A stretch of DNA of 64,000 nucleotides from a virus (IMGVR_UViG_3300045596_000094:128001-192000), one strand, 5' to 3'. Shown: positions 1 through 10,905, counted from the first letter of the stretch. Notes: generated by a model from the letters alone, not told the origin. Program-made: numbers and translations.

Positions 1-574
1 TATCCGCAACCACGCCAGTTTTACGCAAAGCATTGTCTACCGCAACTTGAACCATGCGAGCTTCGGCAGAAGTCATCGCGCCTTTAGCTACAAGGATTGC
101 GCGCATTTCTGTCGCTACGTTTTCTAATTCGCGCACAGCAGAAATATCGTTTTCTACTTGGGTCACACCTTCTTCAAGGGTTTTAACGCTAGACACAACG
201 CCAGCAGCTAATTTTTCTGGAGTTTCAGAACTGTCGTAAGCTTCTACAGGGGATTCTGGGAAATCTTCTGCATCGGTAGGCATTTCTGGATCAATTGTAG
301 ACACTTTGTTTCCTTTTTCCGTTTCAGCGATATTGTCAGAACCTTCTTTCTGTTCTGGAAGAGAACTGATCTCTTCTTGTGAAGTAGTACCAGCACCTGT
401 TTCAGTTGCTAGTTTTTCAACTTCTGTTTTATCAGTTGCATCTACAACTGTTTGTTCGCTTGCTGACGCTGTACCAGCAACCACGTTTTCATCATTTTCT
501 TTTACTAAACCATCTTCTTGAGAGGCTGTAGCGTTAATACGAGCGAGATAAGCTGCGCGTGGATCGTATGTCAT
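1..574 (-). CDS. Internal head/virion protein with acidic propeptide (5' part; runs off window start)
   Basis: ATG at 574 with GGAG SD; reads MTYDPRAAYLARINATASQE-DGLVKE..., acidic N-terminus with an S-x-E motif like phiKZ gp175 head-protease sites; missing from the ORF track because it is truncated. Confidence 0.7.
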   Translation of the reverse strand, partial: MTYDPRAAYLARINATASQEDGLVKENDENVVAGTASASEQTVVDATDKTEVEKLATETGAGTTSQEEISSLPEQKEGSDNIAETEKGNKVSTIDPEMPTDAEDFPESPVEAYDSSETPEKLAAGVVSSVKTLEEGVTQVENDISAVRELENVATEMRAILVAKGAMTSAEARMVQVAVDNALRKTGVVAD

Positions 575-595
575 TTCTTCCACTCCTGAGGGGAA

Positions 596-1108
596 TTATA
601 AATTACCAAAAAGTATTTGTGCTGTTACGAAGAAATCGTCAACACCACCATCACGACTCAACCAGTTCGATAAGAACTCTTCAGTTGTAGGGATATAGAT
701 GTGGTTCAGCATATGTTTCTTGTCAGACCAGCTTTCGCCTTCATTCTTGACGTTTACTAAATCATACCATGTGCTTACGCAGTATTTACGATTTCCACCA
801 TTGGTGAAGTTAACCGTATCGGTGATGAAATCTAACGTACTTTCTGCGATTAGAGGATTCTTCTGGAAATTAACCTTTAACCAGTTTTCCAAATTTCCAA
901 TGAGCTGTGCAACACGTTTGGTCAGTTGAGTGATTAACTCAAATGGCGGTATAGAAGTTGATTGGGAACGGTAAAGTTCCCATATACGCACAACTTCTGC
1001 ATCAGCAATATTATCACCCCATCCGATAGAACTCCGATTGACATTTTCGTATCGATTCGGTTCTAGGGAGAAGGCAACAAATTGAGGTGAGCAATTGAAG
1101 TTAGGCAT
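596..1108 (-). CDS. Hypothetical/virion-associated protein (170 aa)
   Basis: ORF overlaps upstream gene stop; inside head-protein operon. Confidence 0.6.
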   Translation of the reverse strand: MPNFNCSPQFVAFSLEPNRYENVNRSSIGWGDNIADAEVVRIWELYRSQSTSIPPFELITQLTKRVAQLIGNLENWLKVNFQKNPLIAESTLDFITDTVNFTNGGNRKYCVSTWYDLVNVKNEGESWSDKKHMLNHIYIPTTEEFLSNWLSRDGGVDDFFVTAQILFGNL

Positions 1109-2015
1109 CCCATTGGCTCTCCAAACGACGTACCTTTGCTACGAGGAGATCACGTTGACCTTCACGTTTTTCAAGTACTTTGGCTAACTGCGGATTTGGC
1201 TTTTTATCAAGAATCGCTTTGATACGTTCGATACGCAGTTCAATTACAGCAGCTTGTTCCTTGGCAGCAACGTGCTTACTATATTGATACTGAGTCCACA
1301 TATTACCAATCAACCACACTGGATCTAACTTAGATTCAAATAAGCCAAATCGCAATGGGTCGATTTTGTCGTTACCGTGTGAAGCTGTAGCGGCCTGAGA
1401 ACGAATTTCTGAAACAACAATTTCAGGAATTTGTTTGAAACGGTCTTCGATAGCTTCAACGGGTGTTAGTACGATATTTAATCCGCGAATATACGCATCG
1501 CGATAAGCTGCAAGATATTCAACTTCTGCTTCTGAAACACCGTCCAGCGCAGAACGCCCATCAGCAATCAAACGATTTTCTTCAGCTACTAGAACCGCAT
1601 TAACTAATGAACGCGTATAGTTGCTGACTAAGTTAACCGTATCTAGTAGTTGAATTGTATTTGCTTTAGAAAGCGTTAGAGCGCTTGCTGTGGTATCCGT
1701 TTGGAAATCAGCAGCTACTAGGCGATCGATAAGTGAAAGTGTCTGTACGGACGAATTAAGCGCCTCTTTGATCACTGTAAACATGTTACCACGTAAACGT
1801 GTCTGAACACCACTTGTAATCGCATCGTTATACAGTGAATAAACGTCAGTTTCAAATGAGCGACCATCAGCTAATTTACTAACGACCTTTTCCACCTGAG
1901 GGATTGTGTGGTTTACAATTGTGTCACGTACATTGGTAATTTGCGATTCAATTCGCTCATTATTCAATGGCGACTTCTTAGAAACCAACCCCATCACGTA
2001 TTTAATTGGGTTCAT
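1101..2015 (-). CDS. Virion (inner head) structural protein, phiKZ gp90-like
   Basis: 304 aa helical protein with C-terminal coiled coil; AAGGA SD; synteny. Confidence 0.55.
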   Translation of the reverse strand: MNPIKYVMGLVSKKSPLNNERIESQITNVRDTIVNHTIPQVEKVVSKLADGRSFETDVYSLYNDAITSGVQTRLRGNMFTVIKEALNSSVQTLSLIDRLVAADFQTDTTASALTLSKANTIQLLDTVNLVSNYTRSLVNAVLVAEENRLIADGRSALDGVSEAEVEYLAAYRDAYIRGLNIVLTPVEAIEDRFKQIPEIVVSEIRSQAATASHGNDKIDPLRFGLFESKLDPVWLIGNMWTQYQYSKHVAAKEQAAVIELRIERIKAILDKKPNPQLAKVLEKREGQRDLLVAKVRRLESQWDA

Positions 2016-2031
2016 TTAAGATGTTCCTTTA

Positions 2032-3396
2032 TTAGAAGCTTGGAGGTGTACCAGCTTGGATCAATTTGATGATTTCAGAAATGTCTGGACCGCTACCTTT
2101 AGTACCCGACTTGACTTGACGAATACTGAATTCAGATGGTAGGGCAATCGAATAGGTATAAAGGGTAACGAATTCATCGCGAGGGTTTACAACAGCGATC
2201 AACATAATGCCTGTGGCGTTCATGATGCGCTGACGTACACGGAAATCAGATAAGCGACCATACATATTTTCTTCAGCTTGACGAACCGTATCTTCACTTA
2301 CAACTAAGATAGAAGAGATCGTACCTAACGAAGGTGTAGCCGATACAACACCAGCAGCCATGTTATTTACATTGCGGCTAGTTAGTGCTTGATATAGGCC
2401 AGACTTATCCTGAATCAATGCTTTCTTCGTTTCAGCAAAGATATCACGCATAAATACAATGTCACGCCAGAATGATAGCTCGCCAGCTCGCCAGCTCGCA
2501 TAACGAGTTTTAAAGCTGTTGTCACGTTCAGACCAGTTTAAAATACGGGCAAGCACACGCGGTTGTGTCGGGTAAGTAATTAAACGGACAGTGATTGGGA
2601 TGTCACGTTTTACATTACCGTCACCAACGGTCATGGTTACGGTCTGACCGACTGATAAGTTTGCTACTGTGGTTAAATCTACACCAGATTTAAAACCAGA
2701 TACGATAGCGCCTTTATCTTCTTTTTTGTCGTCTTTACCGTTTTTGTTTTTATTCTTATCTTCAACACCGTCTTTACTGACCACCTCTGTCAAATCGCTT
2801 TCGGCGGAATAACGCGGCATACTGAAAGGTGTTAACGGCGCAACAGGCAAATCACTTTCATTAATATCGTCGTCGGTCAATTCTTTAATAGTCACAGAAC
2901 CACCTACAACCGGTGGGGTTTCTTGACAATCTCGACCGTCAACAATTCCGGCTAAATCTTCACGAATGTCTTCGTGAGAGGCTGTGAGGGCGCTTTGAGC
3001 AGCAGGCAATAGTATGGAATTGGCAACATTAAAAGCCATATTACGTGATGGATTTAACTTATCCAAAAGCATTGTGGTTTTAATATCACCCACATCAGTC
3101 GCGAGTGCTGCTGATGATAAATAGAAACCTGTAAAAACGCTGTTACATAATTTTAAAACGTCAGTTGTAAAATCATAAGGAACCAGTGAAGCATCAATCG
3201 CAGTAATTGGTTCTACGCGAGCAACTCCAGAAAACTCCACCAACGATTTCGCTGACATCTCTGAAATTTTACTCACGGCCTTGCCAACGGCACCTGCACC
3301 GGCAGCTAAACGCGTTTCAGGGTCTTTTAGTTTTTTAATGAGATCAGCAGCACCAACGGCGGCTGAGAGTGCGGAAACAACAGTGGTGATAGCCAT
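2032..3396 (-). CDS. Virion head/inner body protein, phiKZ gp89-like
   Basis: Start reassigned to ATG 3396 (MAITTVV, GAGG SD); S-x-E motifs (ASHE, SAE) in an acidic linker; synteny. Confidence 0.6.
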   Translation of the reverse strand: MAITTVVSALSAAVGAADLIKKLKDPETRLAAGAGAVGKAVSKISEMSAKSLVEFSGVARVEPITAIDASLVPYDFTTDVLKLCNSVFTGFYLSSAALATDVGDIKTTMLLDKLNPSRNMAFNVANSILLPAAQSALTASHEDIREDLAGIVDGRDCQETPPVVGGSVTIKELTDDDINESDLPVAPLTPFSMPRYSAESDLTEVVSKDGVEDKNKNKNGKDDKKEDKGAIVSGFKSGVDLTTVANLSVGQTVTMTVGDGNVKRDIPITVRLITYPTQPRVLARILNWSERDNSFKTRYASWRAGELSFWRDIVFMRDIFAETKKALIQDKSGLYQALTSRNVNNMAAGVVSATPSLGTISSILVVSEDTVRQAEENMYGRLSDFRVRQRIMNATGIMLIAVVNPRDEFVTLYTYSIALPSEFSIRQVKSGTKGSGPDISEIIKLIQAGTPPSF

Positions 3397-3419
3397 AAAT
3401 TTAACCTCAGGAGTTCGAA

Positions 3420-4541
3420 ATGGCGAATGATGATAATCAAGGTAATCAAGGTAAAGTACTTTTACCAAAAGATATTGTCTACGATGAGGCTACATTATTA
3501 GAGTTAGGTCGATCAGCCCCATTACAGAACGAAGCTCAAACAGACATATATAGAAGTAATGGTTTTGGACGATATACTTCAGCTTTAACTTCGAGTCTCT
3601 ATGGTTTGGATATTGCAGGAAATCATACCCCTGCCCCATTACCTTTAGAACAATATGGTTTGGTGTTCTTCACAAGACCAATGATGAATTTGTCATACGA
3701 TAACATAACGGCAGAACGAACCTTCTCCCCTATGTTAACCAAAGATCGTACGTCAGTAGCTGCGTATGTTCAGGCGACCCTAGACCCACTGGGTAATTGG
3801 AACTGTCCATTGGTGGATCCGCATAATGCTTTTATCCCTTTACTGTCAAATACATTACAGTCATTAGCTGGTTGGCAAGATCCTGTATTGGACACATACA
3901 CATCCGCTTCAGGGATGCATAGGCAACAATATAGTCTCGGTGATTCTGCAGTAAAGGTTCACGGTGTCTATCCGTTATCCGCAACATTCCGTAACGTACG
4001 CGGTAATGCTTTGGGGTATTTGTTCCATGTTTGGAACTATTACATCTCTTTGAGTTACGAAGGGATCTGTGATCCAATCACTGCCTTTATGCGGCACAAT
4101 ATCATCGATTACCAAACACGCATCTATAAGTTAACTTTAGATCCGTCTAGACAGTATGTAGAAGAAATCGTATCCTGCTACGCTGCGTTCCCACTTAATA
4201 ACCCAGCCGGTATCCGTGGTAACGTAAACGCTGGGGAAGTTCTGAATAAAGATATTGATGTCATGTCTCAGACATTTCAGGCTGTGGGTGCAACCTACTA
4301 CGATCCTGTTTCGATTTATGAGTTTAACACGGCTTCTACATGCTTGTCTAAAAATTTCAGAGATCCGGCTTTACGTGCAAAAACCATGCGGAGACTTTGG
4401 CCATCTGAATATAAAGCTTTCGCATACCGCGCGTACCCATTTATTGACCCAGAATCAGCAATGCTTCAGTGGTGGGTGACTAATGAGACACATCGAGAAA
4501 TCATGGGTGCTGTTTCATATCCGGCAAATAACATTAAATAG
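3420..4541 (+). CDS. Virion structural protein (baseplate/tube-like), phiKZ gp88-like
   Basis: 373 aa, AGGAG SD, GLVFFTRP motif, divergent from head genes and upstream of the large wedge gene. Confidence 0.55.
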   Translation: MANDDNQGNQGKVLLPKDIVYDEATLLELGRSAPLQNEAQTDIYRSNGFGRYTSALTSSLYGLDIAGNHTPAPLPLEQYGLVFFTRPMMNLSYDNITAERTFSPMLTKDRTSVAAYVQATLDPLGNWNCPLVDPHNAFIPLLSNTLQSLAGWQDPVLDTYTSASGMHRQQYSLGDSAVKVHGVYPLSATFRNVRGNALGYLFHVWNYYISLSYEGICDPITAFMRHNIIDYQTRIYKLTLDPSRQYVEEIVSCYAAFPLNNPAGIRGNVNAGEVLNKDIDVMSQTFQAVGATYYDPVSIYEFNTASTCLSKNFRDPALRAKTMRRLWPSEYKAFAYRAYPFIDPESAMLQWWVTNETHREIMGAVSYPANNIK

Positions 4542-4552
4542 GAGTTCTGTTA

Positions 4553-7500
4553 ATGGCAACTACCACAAGCGATAAATTAGCCGAATCAATTGATGCTGTT
4601 ATTCGTAACCCAAACGCAATGCAACGAATATCTCTTGATCTGGTCGAGGCATTAACTAACGGCGACACAATTATTGTTGATCCGTCCAACCCATTTGTCT
4701 ACGTTCAGGGGATCGCAGCAACGATGACTGCGGTTAGTTTGGATCGAAATGAGGCTGCTGCGCGTAAACTATATCCGTCAATGGCGCAAACTGAAGATGA
4801 CATCTATCGACACATGGCAACTCCGGATTTCTTGAATCGTTTTGCTAAGCCTGGGTCGGCAACCCTAGGTCTGGTTATGAATTTAACAGATGTATTAGGT
4901 CGCGCGGTACCAGTGGACGACGGCACGGGCGCGCGAGCAATCATTATTCCGAAACACACTCAGATACAAAAAGACAATATTTACTTCACTCTACAATACC
5001 CGTTAGTAATCAAGGTTTTGTATAATGAAACTTTAAGTATCTATTTTGATAATCGCGAATCGCTACTAAACTACACGTTACCTACAAATAGTGTATCTTG
5101 GCGTGTGGCAACAATCGATAATCGGGATATCCTTTTAATCGATGTCCCAATGCAAGCGGTACGCATTAGTAGTCAGATTATTCAACTTACAAGTTTCACG
5201 GGCTTTAATCGAAATATTACCTTTGAGGATAATTTCCACTATGCCCGTGCGTTTATTCGTGATCGAACTACATCTAATTGGAAAGAAATCGAAGTAACCC
5301 ACACTAAACAGATTTTTGATTCTAAAAAACCAACCATTTGTTTACGAGTGTTGAACAACTCTGTAGATGTTTACATCCCACAGATCTATTTTCAGAATGG
5401 TTTGATTCAGGATGCTGTGCGTTTAGATATCTATACCACTCTTGGTCCGATCGATATGGACCTCACTGAGTTAGGTGGCGACAATCTTAAAGTACGCTTT
5501 GATGATCTGGATTATAACGAGCTACAGAAATTTTCAGCCCCATTAGATGCCTTCACTATGTTTGCGGCATTTATACGAAGTCGTATTTCTGGTGGATCGA
5601 ATGCGGTCACATTCATGGAACTTCGTCGACGTGTCGTTAATCGCTCTACTGTCACTGCGGGTTTGCCGATTACAACGAATCAAATGGGTTCTGCGATGTA
5701 TGACATGGGTTTCCAGATGGGGACTACGTTGGACAACATTACGGATCGGCAGTACACGGCAATTCGTGCAGTGGAGCCACCGGATAACGGCACTACCGTA
5801 ACAGGGTTAGGTTGCTCAATTCAATTGGTAAATATAACTCTGCAGGATCTCATTGATTCTAAAATGGTGGCCGATACACCAAGTCGTTTAGTAATCACCC
5901 CGGGTACGTTGTTCAAGAATGTTGGGGGTTATATTCGTATCGTGGATGCTGACGAGTATAAAGATCTCCAAGATACCGCCCAGGCTTCTCCGGACGGTAT
6001 TGCGAATATCGTGAATAGTACTCAATTCTATTACACACCTTTCCACTATGTTCTTGATACAACGAATGAGTTGTTTACGGTACGCCCGTACCAATTAAAT
6101 GACCCATCAGTGGAAGGATCAGCAATCTATCAACAGAACGATAGTCTCGGCCTCGATTTAAGAACAGAATCTTACTCTATCGGGATGAATCCGGATGGTT
6201 CGGGTTACAGTATTTTAGCGACGATGACCGCTAACCTATCTTTAAAGATGTTACCAATTGATCGTATTTCGGCGCAATTGAGTTACGTTCCAAAAGATTC
6301 TACAAAACGCACTTGGGTTTCTGGGGAATTTATTTCTGCAGTTGATCCAAACAGTGGGCGTCCAGTTGACGATAAATGGATTTTCCGTTTCAATCTGGAT
6401 ACCAACTTCGACGTTAATAGTAACCATCAACTCAGTATGACTGAAACTGGTTATCCGGTTGAACTGGTGCATGACTTCGATATCCTTTACGTTGTGAAGA
6501 ACTTCGCTCCGCTGAACTCACAACCATCAGATATTGACACGATTATCTCTAAGGACCATATTGTTGATTTTGACTATCTAAGCACGTATTACGGGGCTAC
6601 TCAAGAAAAGCTTACCATTGAGTTCGGAAAGTTCTTGAAACACCTCTGGCGTCGTTCTAGAACGGTTTACGAGACTGTTGAGTACCTTACCTACGAGGAA
6701 GATGTTCCTGCGTTCTACACGCAAGATATCTACGCTCGGGATGAGAATGGTCATGTGATTGTGAAGTACAATTATGATACATCCGAGATCAGCTACGACA
6801 TACTCTTTAAGAAAGGTGATCCAATAATTGACGCTGACGGTAAACCAGTTTTGAAACATGCAAAAGGCGATTACGTACTTGGACCAAACCAAGAACCTAT
6901 TCCTAAGCAGAGTGATCGAGCACTGGATCGTGAGTTGGATCTATTCCTGGTTGATGGTCGATATTTCTTCGCAACCAATGATGAAACAGTAGACTATCTA
7001 AAAGAAAGTTTAGCGCAGATCGTGAGTTGGATTACCGAGGATATCGCACATCTTTCACAACGTTGTTTGGAACGGACAGATCTTTTCTATTACCCAAAAT
7101 CATCTGTTGGTTTGATTGATGTCATTGTTGGTGACGGCACACGTGTTCGTTTACCTGCCGATCAGAAGTTCACAGTTAAATATACTGTTCGTAAAGAAAA
7201 GTATAATAATGCTGAGATACGAGATAGTCTGCGTGAATCTGCTGCTAAGACTATTCTCAGTGCTATGACCAGTTTGCAACAGGTAACCGGTGGTGCGATC
7301 ACTCGTAACGATATTCTAAATACCATTAAGAGTTTACATCGAGATGATATCATCGATGTTGCAGTGAGTGGTTTCTTAGATGATCGCTATAGTGCTGCTT
7401 TGATCACAGACATGTCTTCCATTCCAACGATAGGTAAGAAGTTAGTGACGATGAGTAACTTAACTTTACAGGTGCAGGATGATGTTACTGTGGAATGGGA

Positions 7501-7555
7501 AATCCTAGATACAGATAACCAAACATCTCGTTATTCTAGCCGTAAAGAACAATAA
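4553..7555 (+). CDS. Baseplate wedge-like virion protein (phiKZ gp87-like; gp6/gpJ-like N-terminus)
   Basis: 1000 aa; DPSNPF...LYPSMAQT..DIYRH and ISGGSN..ELRRR segments resemble baseplate J/gp6 proteins. Confidence 0.6.
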   Translation: MATTTSDKLAESIDAVIRNPNAMQRISLDLVEALTNGDTIIVDPSNPFVYVQGIAATMTAVSLDRNEAAARKLYPSMAQTEDDIYRHMATPDFLNRFAKPGSATLGLVMNLTDVLGRAVPVDDGTGARAIIIPKHTQIQKDNIYFTLQYPLVIKVLYNETLSIYFDNRESLLNYTLPTNSVSWRVATIDNRDILLIDVPMQAVRISSQIIQLTSFTGFNRNITFEDNFHYARAFIRDRTTSNWKEIEVTHTKQIFDSKKPTICLRVLNNSVDVYIPQIYFQNGLIQDAVRLDIYTTLGPIDMDLTELGGDNLKVRFDDLDYNELQKFSAPLDAFTMFAAFIRSRISGGSNAVTFMELRRRVVNRSTVTAGLPITTNQMGSAMYDMGFQMGTTLDNITDRQYTAIRAVEPPDNGTTVTGLGCSIQLVNITLQDLIDSKMVADTPSRLVITPGTLFKNVGGYIRIVDADEYKDLQDTAQASPDGIANIVNSTQFYYTPFHYVLDTTNELFTVRPYQLNDPSVEGSAIYQQNDSLGLDLRTESYSIGMNPDGSGYSILATMTANLSLKMLPIDRISAQLSYVPKDSTKRTWVSGEFISAVDPNSGRPVDDKWIFRFNLDTNFDVNSNHQLSMTETGYPVELVHDFDILYVVKNFAPLNSQPSDIDTIISKDHIVDFDYLSTYYGATQEKLTIEFGKFLKHLWRRSRTVYETVEYLTYEEDVPAFYTQDIYARDENGHVIVKYNYDTSEISYDILFKKGDPIIDADGKPVLKHAKGDYVLGPNQEPIPKQSDRALDRELDLFLVDGRYFFATNDETVDYLKESLAQIVSWITEDIAHLSQRCLERTDLFYYPKSSVGLIDVIVGDGTRVRLPADQKFTVKYTVRKEKYNNAEIRDSLRESAAKTILSAMTSLQQVTGGAITRNDILNTIKSLHRDDIIDVAVSGFLDDRYSAALITDMSSIPTIGKKLVTMSNLTLQVQDDVTVEWEILDTDNQTSRYSSRKEQ

Positions 7556-7567
7556 AACAGCATAATA

Positions 7568-7593
7568 CTAGAGAGCCCCTAGGGGCTCTCTAG
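7568..7593. terminator. Bidirectional terminator; perfect 26-bp CTAG-centred palindrome
   Basis: CTAGAGAGCCCCT|AGGGGCTCTCTAG between convergent genes; CATAA before and CTATG after. Confidence 0.75.
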
Positions 7594-7601
7594 CTATGTC
7601 G

Positions 7602-9701
7602 TTACAATCGATTAAACACATCTGTACCTAAAGCCGTAATCAACCAATCAGGAGATTCCTCCCCTTCTAAAGGATGCTTAAACGGGCGGTAGATTAGTTT
7701 CTGTTTCTCTAAATACGATAAAGAATCCTTATTGGGAATCTCATGCGTGTAGAGATACTTTTTCTCGCCAAATAACCGTAACGCATCACGAATATCAGTT
7801 CGTTCATCGTCCCAGATCATGTCAAGATTTTCTTTGATGGCCGAATCGTTATCACGCACTACGTGAATATCCCCATATATCTGGGTAGCGATACGACGAC
7901 CATTTGGAGTGATTCCGTAATCTGGCGTGTCTTGCTCGAGATCAAGAACCTTTGGACGATGAATTAGTTTCTTCTGCATGAGTAACTCTAAAGCATACTC
8001 ATCTTCGATGTCTGATCGATTTAAGAAACTAGCACGATGAAACGTCTCCAGAAGCTTACTACAGTGACCACCCGGATACCCATCAATAATCTTAATGGTT
8101 TCTGCATCATCAAGATCCGGTACAAGTTCTGATACCGTTTCAGGGTAACTTTCACTAGACAACATACTGCTCACTAACTTACGCCCGCGTAAGATCCGCA
8201 ACTGTCGATCCAATACCGTTAACGGTAGTGAAAGCCCGTGATAGAAGCTTTCGTAGTAACGCAGTAAACCGGCATATATGGAGAATAGCGATTGTAGTGC
8301 CGTTAGGCGGCGCTGTACGTCCGCTAGCGGTCGAGTGTTAACATTATAAGAAGACGCATCGTCTAACTTAACTTTCACACCGCGTTCGACTTCTTTTAGT
8401 TTACGGCTAACCGAGTCGATACCCCGAGAGATGTTGGAGCCAAAATTACGATCCTCAGTAAACGGGTTACTGTAGTTTGCAACTTTTACAAATTCCCACG
8501 GACGTCGGGCACCAGTATCTTCTTGACGGAAAGCGAAGTTAATTGCTTCACGGTATTGAGATAACGTCTCATTCAAGGTACCGCCACCAACCTTCCACCA
8601 ACCAGCTAAACGATCTATGCCGGTAGAATCGATCGGCATATTAACGGGCCAGTTAGCCGGATCGTTTTTGACGAGTAAGTTGACGTAATCTTCGGTTTGT
8701 TGCATCAAACGACCAAGCTCACCACGCAATGCTTTCACGTGTCCTGATAAACCAGCCCCTTCTGCAATCATCCGCTGACCTGTCGTGAATCGACGACGGA
8801 AACGTTCTTTGGTTTTGTAATCCAAATAACGCATACAGAAGTCTTCTGTGGACGTGGCTTCTGTATATGGTGGGATGTCGCTGGCGGATGTCATTTCTTT
8901 AAATGCTTTCATGCCGTAGACTGCATCAATACGTTTTGCAGCAGCAAGCACTTCACGTCGGCGCACTAATAAAGAAACAGTCATGTGTGGTGATTGAAAT
9001 GCTTCAGAAACCATACTGATCACATTACGACCGATGGTCCTGCAGAAATTGAGTATCTGTTCAACCAAACGTAAAACGATTTCTTTGATCTTCAGACCCA
9101 ATGCTTCCATTGTAGTGTCGTATTTAGTTGTGGTATATGCCGCAGAGAACATTCGCGGATTACCAAAGTAATTTGGACATTCCACTAAACTCTCTAACGC
9201 AACAACCTCTTTACGAGAAATACCCCCAATGGATTCTAATGTCGCACGAATGTTTTCCAACTCATCTAATACCGAATCGTCAGGAATCGTCAACTCCATA
9301 GTTGTGATGGGTTGGTCTTCTTCATCGTTGTCAAATGAAGCTGATTCATTTTCAGCAATAAAATCATGACTTTCCGCGTCAGGAATCGGTTCGATTGGAT
9401 TTCGTCTGTCCAACATGCGTTTTAATCGCTGCTCCCAATCGCGCGCAGATTCGTATTCGGCATCATCAGGTTGTTTGATGGATGCTTTTTCATGATCTGT
9501 AACCGTACGATCTTGATCTAGATTAGTCAGCATGTGGTGCACTGATTTCAACGTACCTTCATCGGCATGCTCTTCAAGAACAGTTCCATCAGCATATGTC
9601 TGTATCTCAGGAAACCCTAAAACCGATTCATTCGAAACGGAAGCGAAAGGGTCAATCGCTGAGAGTTCCTCTGTAGAGAGGATGTTTTCTTCTATAGCCA
9701 T
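7602..9701 (-). CDS. Internal head protein (phiKZ gp86-like) with acidic propeptide and C-terminal tandem repeat
   Basis: 699 aa; several S/A-x-E motifs (VSNE, ALE, SSE); two similar ~60-aa repeats at the C-terminus. Confidence 0.55.
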   Translation of the reverse strand: MAIEENILSTEELSAIDPFASVSNESVLGFPEIQTYADGTVLEEHADEGTLKSVHHMLTNLDQDRTVTDHEKASIKQPDDAEYESARDWEQRLKRMLDRRNPIEPIPDAESHDFIAENESASFDNDEEDQPITTMELTIPDDSVLDELENIRATLESIGGISRKEVVALESLVECPNYFGNPRMFSAAYTTTKYDTTMEALGLKIKEIVLRLVEQILNFCRTIGRNVISMVSEAFQSPHMTVSLLVRRREVLAAAKRIDAVYGMKAFKEMTSASDIPPYTEATSTEDFCMRYLDYKTKERFRRRFTTGQRMIAEGAGLSGHVKALRGELGRLMQQTEDYVNLLVKNDPANWPVNMPIDSTGIDRLAGWWKVGGGTLNETLSQYREAINFAFRQEDTGARRPWEFVKVANYSNPFTEDRNFGSNISRGIDSVSRKLKEVERGVKVKLDDASSYNVNTRPLADVQRRLTALQSLFSIYAGLLRYYESFYHGLSLPLTVLDRQLRILRGRKLVSSMLSSESYPETVSELVPDLDDAETIKIIDGYPGGHCSKLLETFHRASFLNRSDIEDEYALELLMQKKLIHRPKVLDLEQDTPDYGITPNGRRIATQIYGDIHVVRDNDSAIKENLDMIWDDERTDIRDALRLFGEKKYLYTHEIPNKDSLSYLEKQKLIYRPFKHPLEGEESPDWLITALGTDVFNRL

Positions 9702-10903
9702 TTTTTATCCTTCCGTAATTCAACGTACCGATAAGCACAGGTTTGATGTGTCTTTAAAGAACCCGATAGTAGTTGTAGATTATCCACTCCTATTTTTAGA
9801 CCCTCGGCAAACTCATAGGTGAAATCCAATACCCGAACCAATACACCACAATAACAAGAAATCAAACGAGCAATATCGGTGATCACATCACCGTAATATC
9901 CATCCGTTTCACGCTGAGGTATATTCTGCAGACGATTAGAAAAACGGCTCATTTGTGATGATATTAAAGAAACCTTATCGGTCAAGGTTTTAGCAATGAC
10001 CTGAGTTTCTCTCACATTCTCAGCAAATGCATCTGTAGCTAACATTTCTAGACAGTTTATAAAACTACCCTTAGCCAGTTCTTCACGTCGAGCAATTAAC
10101 GATTCCGGTTCTCGCAGTAGTTGCTTTATATCATCAACCATATTGTCGATGGTTGATGATAAGTTATTCCCGTACCATGATTTATTGATTACATTGAGAA
10201 CAGTAGGTTCAATAGTCACCCCCATCGTCACGAATTTACTTTTGCTAAGATCCATTCGTTCCGCCATAGAGATCAGTTCACCCCGACTCAACACCGTAAG
10301 CGCGCGTTCAAGTAATTCTGTAATCTTGTCATTCTGTACAGTGATCGCATCATTTATTACACGTAATAAATTATTTAAACGATCGTATTGTTTTAAGTTA
10401 TCGGAGAGCGAGAAGAACAAAGGCATCTTCAATACATACTCAGATCGATCCAAATCCTCTTTTAGAAGTGGAAAATCCAAACATTTCTGGAAGTCATTCA
10501 TTCTAGGCGTTCTTAGTTGTGCGTCCTTACGAAATAGGGCGGTATAAGAACGAATCACAGGTTCACGCATGCGGAGAATTTCTTCAGGATCGTCTAAGTA
10601 GGAGACCTTATCATTAAAGTCCAAACGCTTACTAACAACCATTTCACATTCGCGAGCTGCGAGATTGCCACGGGTGGTTTCTTCTCTTATATAGTTGCCA
10701 AATAACGTATTTAGCAGTACAACAAAATCGGTGATCTGCTCATCCCTCAACTCCACAATTATTCCAGCATGATGTTTGATTTTCAAAGCATCATCTTCAT
10801 TGGAAATTGTAGCTTGACCGCAGAGAGCTTTCAACTTGTCGGTGTGAAAGCTCAAACTACGCTGGATGCTCAGACCCTTAGAGGTATTGACCATCCCATT
10901 CAC
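9692..10903 (-). CDS. Virion (head) structural protein
   Basis: 403 aa helical; ISNE motif near N-terminus; coupled with neighbours. Confidence 0.5.
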   Translation of the reverse strand: MNGMVNTSKGLSIQRSLSFHTDKLKALCGQATISNEDDALKIKHHAGIIVELRDEQITDFVVLLNTLFGNYIREETTRGNLAARECEMVVSKRLDFNDKVSYLDDPEEILRMREPVIRSYTALFRKDAQLRTPRMNDFQKCLDFPLLKEDLDRSEYVLKMPLFFSLSDNLKQYDRLNNLLRVINDAITVQNDKITELLERALTVLSRGELISMAERMDLSKSKFVTMGVTIEPTVLNVINKSWYGNNLSSTIDNMVDDIKQLLREPESLIARREELAKGSFINCLEMLATDAFAENVRETQVIAKTLTDKVSLISSQMSRFSNRLQNIPQRETDGYYGDVITDIARLISCYCGVLVRVLDFTYEFAEGLKIGVDNLQLLSGSLKTHQTCAYRYVELRKDKKWL

Positions 10904-10905
10904 CT

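Noticed and set aside
3397-3468. Track's 5' extension of the 2032..3468 ORF
   Set aside because: It overlaps the divergent gene head-to-head; ATG 3396 has a proper SD.
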